From contig CP064960.1 in NCBI GenBank assembly GCA_016699105.1, forward strand, positions 593,034-657,033: a DNA stretch of 64,000 bases, written 5' to 3'. The stretch is from a bacterium. GTDB taxonomy: Bacteria > Patescibacteriota > Saccharimonadia > UBA4664. The stretch's first letter is position 1, and every line of letters begins with the position of its first letter. The notes below the pieces were generated by a model. It saw nothing but the letters and a program-made list of their open reading frames with translations. It was not told the DNA's origin and did no database searches. Made by a program: the position numbers and the translations under genes. Shown here piece after piece: positions 1 to 8,905 of this stretch.

Positions 1-53
1 CAGCTTATGGAGCGTGTGGCGCGGTCGCTGGACTCGTTACAACCGGGGCCAGT

Positions 54-845
54 TTGAGTGCCCAGTCGGGAGAAACTGGTTTTTCTATCGTCAATGGCGC
101 CAATGGTGCTCCATATCTGACCCGGGCTAGTACCAGCGTCACAGCACTGACACCGGTGAGCTATACCTTGAGTGGTATCACCAATCCAAGTGCCAATAAC
201 ACCCAATATTGGACGCGAATTTATACCTATGCCAGCACTGATACCACAGGCGGTAGCACCGATGATGGGGTAGTAGCATGGAGTACAGCCCAGGCGATTA
301 CGGTTAGTGGCGTCATGCCGGAATCGCTTGTTTTCTGTGTCGGAACCGGCGGTACGAATTGTACTAATATGGTGGGCAGTACGGTGGATTTGGGGACATT
401 TTCGCCCATGGCTACTAATTCTGGTTTTAGCCTCATGAGTGCCAGTACCAATGCGGCCAGTGGGTATGTGATTACCCTGACTGGAACGGTGCCCACCAGT
501 GGGTTAAGTAATATTGCAGCCATGGGTACTCAGGCGTTGAATTCCAGTGGTTGTACGCCGACCTGTGCATCAAGTATTGGAAGTCCGCAATTTGGCACCA
601 ATGTCCGGTCAAACTCAGCTCCAAGCATTGGAAATGACGTAACGGGAACGGGCACTGGTACCGGTGTCGGAGGTTATAATACTGTGAATGCATTTCGATT
701 TTTTAGTGGTGACACGGTAGCTTCAGCAGGCGGTGTTACTCCCAGTAATCTGTATACCAATTCCTATATTGTGAACGTGGGTGGCGATCAGGCGGCTGGC
801 ACTTATACGGCCACTATGACCTATATTTGTACGGCGACATTTTAG
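54..845 (+). CDS. Secreted repeat-containing cell-surface protein, paralog 1 of a tandem pair (WxL-like/csc-type surface protein?)
   Basis: 263-aa ORF rich in Thr/Ser/Gly/Asn. Shares blocks with the next ORF (GANGxPYLTR, SYTL..ITNP..NT.Y..RI.TY, FCVGT..NCT, identical C-terminus GxYTATMTYICTA[ST]F). No catalytic motifs. Family assignment is inference. Confidence 0.55.
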   Translation: MSAQSGETGFSIVNGANGAPYLTRASTSVTALTPVSYTLSGITNPSANNTQYWTRIYTYASTDTTGGSTDDGVVAWSTAQAITVSGVMPESLVFCVGTGGTNCTNMVGSTVDLGTFSPMATNSGFSLMSASTNAASGYVITLTGTVPTSGLSNIAAMGTQALNSSGCTPTCASSIGSPQFGTNVRSNSAPSIGNDVTGTGTGTGVGGYNTVNAFRFFSGDTVASAGGVTPSNLYTNSYIVNVGGDQAAGTYTATMTYICTATF

Positions 846-851
846 GTTGTT

Positions 852-1886
852 ATGACTAGGAGTCGTACTCTGACACGCTGGCAGCGGGCACGTTGGGTGT
901 TGGCGACGGTTTTTTTGATGGGCTCAACTCCAGTGAGTGCGGCTGGTCTGGCACCGCGAAATGTACAAGTGGGATCAAGCGGACCGGGCGTAACTACAAG
1001 TTATGTGATCAATGCCACGACGGCAACCAGCGACCTGGTGGGTTCGATTAGCTTTGAATTTTGTGTTGATGCGGTGGGTTCGTGTGTCTTGCCATCCGGA
1101 GTTGTGACGACGGGAGCAACTTTGGGCACACAATCCGGCGCCACCGGATTTACATTGATGGCAGGTGCCAACGGTCGACCATATCTCACGCGGGTTGCCG
1201 CCAGTGTGAACGATAATGAGCCGCTATCATATACCTTGAATAACATCACCAATCCCACTGCTACCAACACGAGCTATTTTGTGCGAATTACAACGTATAC
1301 GGCTAGTGATGGCGTCACTGGACCGGTTGATAATGGGACGGTTGCACTGAGTACCGCCGAACCGGTACAACTGACTGGTGTGACGCCGGAGATATTGGTG
1401 TTTTGTGTGGGCACGACGATTGTGGGAAATTGTACAACCATCGCCGGAGATACGATCGACTTTGGAGATTTCTCGCCAACCTCAACCCGAACGGGTACCA
1501 GTGTGATGCAAGCGCAAACCAATGCGGCCGGTGGTTACGTGATCACGGTCAATGGTTCGACTTTGGCATCGGGTATAAACACCATACCAGCACTGGCTAC
1601 GCAAACGACAAGTATTATTGGAACGAGTCAGTTTGGCATGAATCTGCGGGCGAATGGGACGCCAGTTGTCGGTACCAACCCTACAGGCGTTGGTATTGGC
1701 GGAGTAGTCGCCAATTATAATACGCCCAATTTGTGGCGCTATGGCAGTGGCGAGGCGGTGGCCAGTGCGCCGTCACCGACCAACGAAAATACCTATACAT
1801 CGAGTTACATTGTAAATATTGGAGGGGCACAAGCTGCTGGTGTTTATACCGCGACGATGACGTACATTTGCACTGCAAGCTTCTAA
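852..1886 (+). CDS. Secreted repeat-containing cell-surface protein, paralog 2 (tandem duplicate of 54..845)
   Basis: 344 aa. N-terminal signal peptide (MTRSRTLTRWQRARWVLATVFLMGSTPVSAAG). Same conserved blocks and C-terminal motif as paralog 1. Confidence 0.6.
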   Translation: MTRSRTLTRWQRARWVLATVFLMGSTPVSAAGLAPRNVQVGSSGPGVTTSYVINATTATSDLVGSISFEFCVDAVGSCVLPSGVVTTGATLGTQSGATGFTLMAGANGRPYLTRVAASVNDNEPLSYTLNNITNPTATNTSYFVRITTYTASDGVTGPVDNGTVALSTAEPVQLTGVTPEILVFCVGTTIVGNCTTIAGDTIDFGDFSPTSTRTGTSVMQAQTNAAGGYVITVNGSTLASGINTIPALATQTTSIIGTSQFGMNLRANGTPVVGTNPTGVGIGGVVANYNTPNLWRYGSGEAVASAPSPTNENTYTSSYIVNIGGAQAAGVYTATMTYICTASF

Positions 1887-1898
1887 TGCTATAAAATA

Positions 1899-2907
1899 AT
1901 GATAATGAACCAATTGAGGCATGGGTTTGGCAGGAAAGTGGTGGTCGTATGGGCTGCCGTGTTGATGTTGGGTGCGCCTGCACCAGTATTGGGTGTAGCA
2001 GCAACCAACCCGGCCAATAGCGGACAAGGCTTGGAAATTTCGCCACCCGTTGTCGAATTGCAGGCTGATCCTGGTCAGACCGTGACAACAGCCATATCTA
2101 TTCGTAATGTCACTAAAGGTGCTTTGCTTGTGAAGGCCAAAACTGACGATTTTGGGGCGGGTGATGACGAATCAGGACAACCGCAGCTACTCTTAGATAC
2201 CGAAGGTCAAAGCCGATTTTCGCTGAAATATTGGGTGAGTTCGGTGACTGATTTGACGCTGGCAGCCGGTGAACTCAAGAAGAACCAGATTACGATCAAA
2301 GTGCCTAAAAATGCTGAACCGGGTGGGCACTTTGGAGTGGTGCGCTTTACGGCAGTTCCGCCTGAGCTTGAAGGCACCGGTGTGGCATTATCAGCTAGTG
2401 TGGGCACATTGATACTGGTGCGGGTCGGTGGAAATATCACAGACAAATTATCACTCGAAGAATTTTCCACCGGACGATGGAAAGGTGAGGGTCGGTCGTG
2501 ACTAAAACCGGATTCTTTGAGTACGGTCCTGTAGCTTTTGTAGTGAGACTCAAGAATGAAGGCTCAGTTCACGAGAAGCCTAAAGGTACTATCACGGTTA
2601 GCAATACGTTTGGTAAGCAAAGTAGGAAGTATCAACGTCAACGATAAAGGGCGGCAATGTATTGCCTGATAGTGTGCGACGATTTGAACAAGAACTGGCC
2701 AGCAAGCGTCTGTTTGGACGCTATGTGGCCAAGCTTGATTTGAGCTATGCGACTGATCAAAAACTGACGGCTACCAAGACGTTTTGGGTGATTCCGTGGA
2801 AACTGATTGCACTTGGTCTGATTGGTCTTGTGGCAATGGTGTGGATCGCGCGCCTGGCGATCAAACGATACAACCGGCATATTATCAATCAAGCCCGCCG
2901 CCGTTAG
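1899..2907 (+). pseudogene. DUF916-like cell-surface protein (signal peptide, N-terminal beta-rich domain, C-terminal TM anchor), split over three reading frames by two frameshifts (~2470-2505 and ~2626-2644; the second lies at a tcaacgtcaacg tandem hexamer, not a homopolymer)
   Basis: Piece 1 (1899..2501): signal peptide plus ISPPVVELQADPGQTVTTAISIRNVTKGALLVKAKTDDF, resembling the DUF916 N-terminal pattern. Piece 2 (frame +2, 2501..2647): GFFEYGPVAFVVRLKNEGSVHEKPKGTITVSN. Piece 3 (2662..2907, TTG start): C-terminal TM helix IPWKLIALGLIGLVAMVWIARLAIKRYNRH. The combined ~336 aa length fits CscA/DUF916 proteins. The frameshifts are probably sequencing artifacts. Confidence 0.45.
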
Positions 2908-2908
2908 G

Positions 2909-3850
2909 ATGCCGGTTATGGCTTTCTTAGCTCATCACCACAGTGGCCGGGTGAGGCCTCATCATCATACATCGTACGCTGCATTGACGTTTATGATTAT
3001 CTTGACTGGTGTGCTCGTGGCAGCTTCAGGATGGGCGGCGCAAGCGGCGACACCGGCAGTTAACCCGCAGAGTGGATCGGTCGGGTTATCGGGCGTCGTG
3101 CGCGGTCCAGCTCCCAGCACAGCCGCATTGATCTTGGTACCTACAAGCGGAACGAGTACGAGTGTAGTCCCAATTACCGTACGCGGAACCTGTCCGGCAA
3201 ATACCTTTGTGAGTGTTATGAAAAATGGGGTTTTTGGTGGAGCCACGACGTGCCAAGAAGATGGCACATTTAGCCTGTTGGTGGACTTGTTTGCCGGCCG
3301 TAATGAGTTGGTCGCCAAAGTGAGCGATGCACTTGGTCAGTATGGCCCCGATTCGGCGACGGTTGTGATTACCTACAATGCGCCAAATGTGGGAGCGGGT
3401 AGTAGCGCGTCGCAGCGACAATTATTTTTGAATATGGCGGTGACAGTTGTTGGTGGTAATCCGGAAGAAGTTATCCGGCGGACAATTTCAATAGTAGGCG
3501 GATCGGCTCCGTATGCAGTTAGTTGGGACTACGGCGATGGAGAAACGGGCTTGGTGACAGCGACAAGTGAAGGTGATGTCACTAATGGTCATGCCTACGA
3601 TCGGCCTGGTTATTACACTGTGGTCGTAAAGGTGACTGATAGCCGGGGAAACTCAGCTTACTTACAGTTCATCACAATCGTTAACGGCGCGTTAACGACA
3701 GCAGGAGGGGCTTCTGCGACTAATACGGACACAGCAGGTTATGTACAATTAGCTTGGCCGCTTTTGGGATTTGCATTGTTGTTGGTTTTAGCATTCTGGC
3801 TGGGGGAGTGGCGGGAATCACGTAAGTTGGCTGCCGCGGCAGCTGTATAA
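2909..3850 (+). CDS. PKD-domain surface protein with C-terminal transmembrane anchor
   Basis: PKD signature VSWDYGDGETG...VTNGHAYDRPGYYTVVVKVTDSRGNSA. Hydrophobic C-terminus AWPLLGFALLLVLAFWLGEW. The ATG at 2909 lies right after the previous gene's stop; the ORF-track start at 2822 overlaps that gene. Confidence 0.6.
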   Translation: MPVMAFLAHHHSGRVRPHHHTSYAALTFMIILTGVLVAASGWAAQAATPAVNPQSGSVGLSGVVRGPAPSTAALILVPTSGTSTSVVPITVRGTCPANTFVSVMKNGVFGGATTCQEDGTFSLLVDLFAGRNELVAKVSDALGQYGPDSATVVITYNAPNVGAGSSASQRQLFLNMAVTVVGGNPEEVIRRTISIVGGSAPYAVSWDYGDGETGLVTATSEGDVTNGHAYDRPGYYTVVVKVTDSRGNSAYLQFITIVNGALTTAGGASATNTDTAGYVQLAWPLLGFALLLVLAFWLGEWRESRKLAAAAAV

Positions 3851-3954
3851 CCGTTAATACGTGTATGTAGACAAATACATACAAGGCGAAAAAATCATTT
3901 AACTACGCATGCTTCCAGTATAGGTAGGACTTAATTTGGTGGCAATAAATCTGG

Positions 3955-3960
3955 TATAAT
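3955..3960 (+). promoter_or_regulatory. Extended -10 promoter element (TGgTATAAT) for parA, only ~11 nt from the start codon (leaderless-type)
   Basis: Sequence ctgGTATAATgagtgctagatATG. The TGn extension is directly upstream of a perfect TATAAT. There is no SD sequence between the -10 and the ATG at 3972. Confidence 0.35.
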
Positions 3961-3971
3961 GAGTGCTAGAT

Positions 3972-4781
3972 ATGAGGGAAAAGGTGGCTCAGCAGACGAA
4001 AGTGTTGGCGTTAGCTAACCAGAAGGGTGGTGTGGGTAAAACCACAACCACAATTAATCTGGGTGCTTATTTGGCAGCTGCCGGACAGCGGGTGCTGATT
4101 GTCGATTTAGATCCTCAGGGCAATACTTCGAGCGGTTTGGGGCTTGTGACGAGTAAACTGCATGGTGACTTGTATGATGTGTTGATGGAAGATGTGGCGA
4201 TTGCGGCTGTAGTACAGGAGACCATCACTAAAGGATTGGCGGTAGTGCCAGCAAGTCCAATACTAGCAGCGGCAGAGGTGGAGATGGTGGCAGTACCTCA
4301 GCGTGAGTTTAAGCTTAAAAAAGCACTCGAAAACATAAAAGGAGAGTATGACTACATACTGATCGACTGTCCACCAAGTTTGGGGATACTCACTGTCAAT
4401 GGTTTGGTGGCAGCTGATGAAATTATTATTCCGGTTCAAGCTGAATTTTATGCGCTGGAAGGCTTGGGTCATTTGGTACAGACCGTGCAGCGCGTGCGGC
4501 GGGGCTTGAATCCGAAGCTCGGGCTTTTGGGAGTATTACTTACCATGCACAATGGCCGGACGACTTTGAGCACCCAGGTTCATGAGGAAGTCCGGCGGCA
4601 TTTCCCAGATAAACTATTTGAGACAGTTATACCGCGTAATGTGCGGCTGGCTGAAGCGCCTAGTCACGGCGTAAGCATAATGCAGTATGATGGGTGGAGT
4701 AAGGGTGCGCGCAGTTATAAAGCGCTGGCCAAAGAAGTGCAAAAAAGGGTGAAACAAGCAGAAAGGGTGACAACAACATGA
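3972..4781 (+). CDS. parA: Chromosome partitioning ATPase ParA/Soj
   Basis: Deviant Walker A NQKGGVGKTTT, LIVDLDPQGN, CPPSLG motifs. ATG at 3972 preferred over the GTG at 3963 of the ORF track. Confidence 0.9.
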   Translation: MREKVAQQTKVLALANQKGGVGKTTTTINLGAYLAAAGQRVLIVDLDPQGNTSSGLGLVTSKLHGDLYDVLMEDVAIAAVVQETITKGLAVVPASPILAAAEVEMVAVPQREFKLKKALENIKGEYDYILIDCPPSLGILTVNGLVAADEIIIPVQAEFYALEGLGHLVQTVQRVRRGLNPKLGLLGVLLTMHNGRTTLSTQVHEEVRRHFPDKLFETVIPRNVRLAEAPSHGVSIMQYDGWSKGARSYKALAKEVQKRVKQAERVTTT

Positions 4782-5728
4782 GTGAAATACGCAAACGCGG
4801 TTTAGGACGAGGTTTTGATTCGCTTATTCCTGAAGGAATGGTTGAAACTGAGTTTGACGTGACGGCACCGGTAGACGAGAGTGGTGCCAGAGTTAGTGGC
4901 GATACCATTCAACAACTTGACCCCTTTTTACTCGATCCGAATCCGCATCAGCCGCGTAAAAATTTCGAAGAAGCGGCTCTCGAAGCTTTGGCTGCAAGTA
5001 TTCGAGTACACGGGATATTGCAGCCGTTAGTTGCTACGCGGAAAGGTGACCGGTTCGAGCTGATTGCGGGTGAGCGCCGGTTGCGAGCCGCTCGACTAGC
5101 AGGTCTGACACGTGTTCCAGTGATTTTGCGGACGTTTGATGAACAGGAAAAACTCGAGCTAGCCTTAATTGAGAATATTCAGCGGGCTGAACTTAACCCC
5201 ATCGAATTGGCGACAGCTTATCGCAAACTAGCCGACGAATTTAATCAAACTTATGATGATATCGGTCAAAAAATTGGTAAGAGTTCATCGGCTATCGCTA
5301 ATACAGTGCGCCTACTCAACCTGAGCGCCGATGCTAAGCGCGCGATTGTTGACGGTATCATTTCAGAGGCACACGGGCGTGTGATCTTGTCGTTGGAGGA
5401 CGAGGATAAACGGGCCGAAATTTTGCGACTGATTCTCAAGTATAAATGGACCCAAAAACAAGCTGACGAATTTGCGCGAGGTTACCGCGGTCCCAGAGGA
5501 TCGAAGATGCTGGCGCAAGCTCGATTGAATGAGATAGAGGCTTGGCAGACTGATTTGGAAAAGTATCTTAATGCTTCGGTCAAACAAACAAGATTAGCTC
5601 GCGGTAAAGGCAAAATCATTATTGAGTACAATTCCGCTCAGGAACTTGACCGGATTTACCGGCTCATCCGTCACAATAGTGTAGCGTCAAAGCACCACGG
5701 CAGCGACGGTATCGTCAAACAGACGTGA
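4778..5728 (+). CDS. parB: Chromosome partitioning protein ParB/Spo0J
   Basis: ParB box GILQPLVATRKGDRFELIAGERRLRAARLAGLTRVPV with HTH. ATGA overlap with the parA stop. Confidence 0.9.
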   Translation: MSEIRKRGLGRGFDSLIPEGMVETEFDVTAPVDESGARVSGDTIQQLDPFLLDPNPHQPRKNFEEAALEALAASIRVHGILQPLVATRKGDRFELIAGERRLRAARLAGLTRVPVILRTFDEQEKLELALIENIQRAELNPIELATAYRKLADEFNQTYDDIGQKIGKSSSAIANTVRLLNLSADAKRAIVDGIISEAHGRVILSLEDEDKRAEILRLILKYKWTQKQADEFARGYRGPRGSKMLAQARLNEIEAWQTDLEKYLNASVKQTRLARGKGKIIIEYNSAQELDRIYRLIRHNSVASKHHGSDGIVKQT

Positions 5729-5744
5729 ATCTATAGATTTCAGT

Positions 5745-6538
5745 TTATAAAACTTTAACTTGATCGAGTGGCAAGAGTCGCAATACGGCATTGCCGATAA
5801 TGTAGCTTGAAGGTAGTTGACCCCATTCGCGGGAGTCAAATGAGGCGCCGGGTATGCGGTTGTCTCCGACCACGAAGACATTGCCTTTTTGGACGGTTTC
5901 ATCAACATTTCCCTGAGTACTTGTATCAGTACTTTCGTAGCTCGTATCGGGATCATAACCATCGGGGTGCTTGTCGTTGTAGACGGTTATTTTACCTTCT
6001 TTGACAACTACTCGGTCGCCAGGGACACCAATAACGCGTTTGACAAAAACTTCACTGGGTTTCTTGGGATAATGGAAGACGATTATCTGCCCAGCTTTGG
6101 GGATGTATGCGCTATCTTTATTGAAAGTTCTTTGGATCAAAGATGAAGTGTAGCCAATCTTGGAAACAATTAAATAATCGGCGTCGTGCAAGGTAGTGGA
6201 CATGCTACTTCCCATGACGTGATAGGCTTGAAAGACAAAAAATGAAGGACAAACACGACAGCCATCGGGAACAAGAACCATGAGGCGATAATGCCCATGA
6301 CATGCCAAAATTTACCAGCAACGTTGGTTAGTGTCCCAGACGCCGTTTCGACATCGGTGGTAGCCTGAATACCAGGACCTTGTACATCAGAAAGCGTTTG
6401 AGCCAGCATTGGTGACATGTCACTCGATGACGGAGTGGGTGGCGCCGGACGGACGGGTGCTGGGCTACCCTGGGCCGGTATAATTAAGCCGTCAGGACCG
6501 ACAACAGGCTTGCGAGATGGGTTAGTAGGTGAATCCAT
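5745..6538 (-). CDS. lepB: Signal peptidase I (LepB) with a 1-nt frameshift at an A6/T6 homopolymer (~6236-6241) separating the N-terminal TM segment from the catalytic domain
   Basis: Catalytic frame has FFVFQAYHVMGSSMSTTLHD (S box), VIGVPGDRV, GDNRIPGASFDSREWG (box E). The upstream TM helix GIIASWFLFPMAVVFVLHF sits in the adjacent frame (the 3' end of ORF 6170..6943). Adding one T restores ...VLHFFVFQAYHVMGSSM, matching B. subtilis SipS topology. The N-terminal Pro-rich extension and exact start are uncertain. Confidence 0.75.
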
Positions 6539-6597
6539 ATACAGTATGAGTATAGGGGGGTAGCCGGGGAGCACAAGGGTGGTTATACTAGTAGGTA

Positions 6598-8139
6598 ATG
6601 GATACGTTTCATGTGAATCGGCGGCGGCAGCTCGATGGCCCCCAACCAAGAAACCGCCTGGTACGACCTGTACCCGACGCGCCTGCCCCTGATAGAGTGG
6701 TGGCTTCGACGGTTGAGCTATCTGAAAATGAATCAACTTTGCCGGTTGTTGACGACAAGCTGTTTGAGTATCGCCGCCGACATAAGCCAAAGAAGCTCCA
6801 AGGCAAAGGCTGGAAAATCGCCAAATGGGTAGTGCTTGTGTTGCTTGTCGGAGGCTTGGTGGCTGGTGGTTGGTTTGGTTGGCGCGCCTGGCAAGCGACC
6901 AAAAACATCTTCGGAAATGGCGGCGGTTCAGGAGCTTTGGCATTACAAGACTCCTTTGATCTGACCCAACTCAAAGGTGAGGGGGACGGTCGCGTCAATA
7001 TTTTGCTTTTGGGCATTGGTGGTGAAGGCCACGAAGGGCCAAACTTATCCGATACCATCATGGTTGTTAGTATTGATCCCAAAACGAAAAATACAGCAAT
7101 GTTGTCGATCCCGCGTGACTTGTATGTGAAATTACCCGGTGTCGGTCAATATGGCACTCAATATGGCAAAGTAAATGCAGCGAACGTTTATGGCGGTGCC
7201 GAATATGCGGCCAAAGTAATTCAGACCGTTATTGGAGTGCCACTACACTACTACGTCGTGATGGACTTTTCCGGATTTAAACAAGCGGTTGACGCGGTCG
7301 GCGGCATTGATATTGATGTTCCTGAGGCTATTAATGATCCCGATTATCCATGTGACAATGGACGATCGGTCTGCGGGTTTAAGTTGGCAGCCGGAAAACA
7401 ACATATGAATGGCACGATCGCGCTCAAGTATGCCCGATCTCGCAAGAGCACCAGTGATTTTGACCGGGCAGCCCGGCAACAGCAGGTGATTGGGGCGCTG
7501 CGCGATAAGAGTTTGCAGCTATCAACACTCACGAATCCCGTTAAATTGATCGGCTTGATTGAAGCTCTTGGTACCCATGTGAAATCAAATTTGCAGACCA
7601 ATGAGATTAAAAAATTGGCGGCTATTGCAAAAGATGTCGATATGTCGAAAGTCAGCAAAGAAGTGCTCGATACAGATAGGCCGGAATCCTTGCTTCAGGG
7701 GGGAGTAAATATCATACCTGAGGCAGGTTATATCGAGGTACCAAAGTTGGGCACATTTAGCTACGGTGATATTCATGACTACGTTAAAAATATTTTTGCT
7801 GACGGATATATCCTGGAAGAAAATGCAATTGTTGAAGTCCAAAATGGATCTGGAATTCCAGGTTTGGCGGGGGCTGTCACGAAAAGCTTAAAAAGTGCAC
7901 ATTATAATCTGACAAATGCTTCGAATGCTAATGACTATTTCGCTAAAACGGTGATATATGATTACTCTGGTGGCAAGATGCCTTATACGCTAAACTATCT
8001 CGAGAATCGATTTAATGTAAAAGCGCAGAGTGCATCGGTTCCGGTAATGTCACCGGCTGCTGACGGCTCGATTCCGTCGGCACCTCAAATAAGGATTATA
8101 CTTGGCAGTGACTATTCTACAAACGCGTCTACAAATTAG
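6598..8139 (+). CDS. LCP family (LytR-CpsA-Psr) cell-envelope polymer transferase with C-terminal LytR_C domain
   Basis: N-terminal TM (WVVLVLLVGGLVAGGWFGW). Core RVNILLLGIGGEG...SDTIMVVSIDPKTKNTAMLSIPRDLYV...VIGVPLHYYVVMDFSGFKQAVDAVGGIDIDV. Confidence 0.8.
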   Translation: MDTFHVNRRRQLDGPQPRNRLVRPVPDAPAPDRVVASTVELSENESTLPVVDDKLFEYRRRHKPKKLQGKGWKIAKWVVLVLLVGGLVAGGWFGWRAWQATKNIFGNGGGSGALALQDSFDLTQLKGEGDGRVNILLLGIGGEGHEGPNLSDTIMVVSIDPKTKNTAMLSIPRDLYVKLPGVGQYGTQYGKVNAANVYGGAEYAAKVIQTVIGVPLHYYVVMDFSGFKQAVDAVGGIDIDVPEAINDPDYPCDNGRSVCGFKLAAGKQHMNGTIALKYARSRKSTSDFDRAARQQQVIGALRDKSLQLSTLTNPVKLIGLIEALGTHVKSNLQTNEIKKLAAIAKDVDMSKVSKEVLDTDRPESLLQGGVNIIPEAGYIEVPKLGTFSYGDIHDYVKNIFADGYILEENAIVEVQNGSGIPGLAGAVTKSLKSAHYNLTNASNANDYFAKTVIYDYSGGKMPYTLNYLENRFNVKAQSASVPVMSPAADGSIPSAPQIRIILGSDYSTNASTN

Positions 8140-8152
8140 GAACCAACATATT

Positions 8153-8689
8153 GTGCAGATTGCATGGGCGTTGGCTGTCGGTGGTGTTGTCTTGGTACTT
8201 GCTCCCAAACAAGGATGGTGGTGGTTAGCGTTAGCCATAGTAACGGGAATTGAACTATTAGCCGCTTGGGGTAGAAGACAGATAGTATCGCAGTTAATGA
8301 TACCGGTGGTAATGGCCGCGTGTGTCGTCCTTGTGATGACACTTGTACCGCGATTAGCTAGTCAGATATCGTTAGCGTTAGTATATATTGTTTGGCGATG
8401 GTGGTGGTCAACAGGTGAAGCTGGTCGGGCAAATTTACCAAATTTGTTAGTGTTACAGACTATGATTAGTTTAGCTGTTTTTTTAATGGCAGTAGTATGG
8501 CGTGTTCCTTCATGGTTTGCAGAATTGCTAATGTGGGGACTTTCATACACTACGGTACTAACAGTTATGAGTACTCGAAGGGAACAAAGTGCAAGATTGC
8601 TAGCAGCTAGTTGGGCACTTATTGTTACTCAGCTGACTTGGTTGCTCCAGATATGGTTGTTTACCTACACTGTTCAAGGGGGTATGTGA
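8153..8689 (+). CDS. Polytopic membrane protein, unknown function
   Basis: Four or five hydrophobic helices, Trp-rich. GTG start at 8153 preceded by AGGAA (10-nt spacing). The ORF-track start at 8102 overlaps the LCP gene. Confidence 0.45.
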   Translation: MQIAWALAVGGVVLVLAPKQGWWWLALAIVTGIELLAAWGRRQIVSQLMIPVVMAACVVLVMTLVPRLASQISLALVYIVWRWWWSTGEAGRANLPNLLVLQTMISLAVFLMAVVWRVPSWFAELLMWGLSYTTVLTVMSTRREQSARLLAASWALIVTQLTWLLQIWLFTYTVQGGM

Positions 8690-8862
8690 TGATACCTCAA
8701 GGAGTATTGGTTATAACGGCAATGGGATATTGTTTTGGCTCAATTTACATGTCGGCTCGAGCAGGCAGCTTGAGTCGCGGACGGTTGATGGAATTTCTCG
8801 CAATTGGGATCGTTATAATTATCATGGTTGTCTCAGGTACTTCTTGGAAAGGTGCCATATAA
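8689..8862 (+). CDS. Small (57-aa) membrane protein, unknown function
   Basis: ATG overlaps the upstream stop (ATGTGATG). AGGGGG RBS. Two hydrophobic helices. Confidence 0.35.
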   Translation: MIPQGVLVITAMGYCFGSIYMSARAGSLSRGRLMEFLAIGIVIIIMVVSGTSWKGAI

Positions 8863-8905
8863 TAGAATTGGTTAAGGATAACAGCTATTACTATAGTGAG
8901 GACGT

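Noticed and set aside
227-693. Minus-strand ORFs 227..523 and 472..693 inside the first surface-protein gene
   Set aside because: Fully embedded antisense in a long, well-supported plus-strand CDS. No start context or motifs. Typical shadow ORFs.
6170-7082. ORF-track entries 6170..6943(-) and 6609..7082(-) as independent genes
   Set aside because: Their 5' portions lie antisense to the well-supported LCP gene. Only the 3' segment (6170-6538) of the first is real, and it is the frameshifted N-terminus of lepB.
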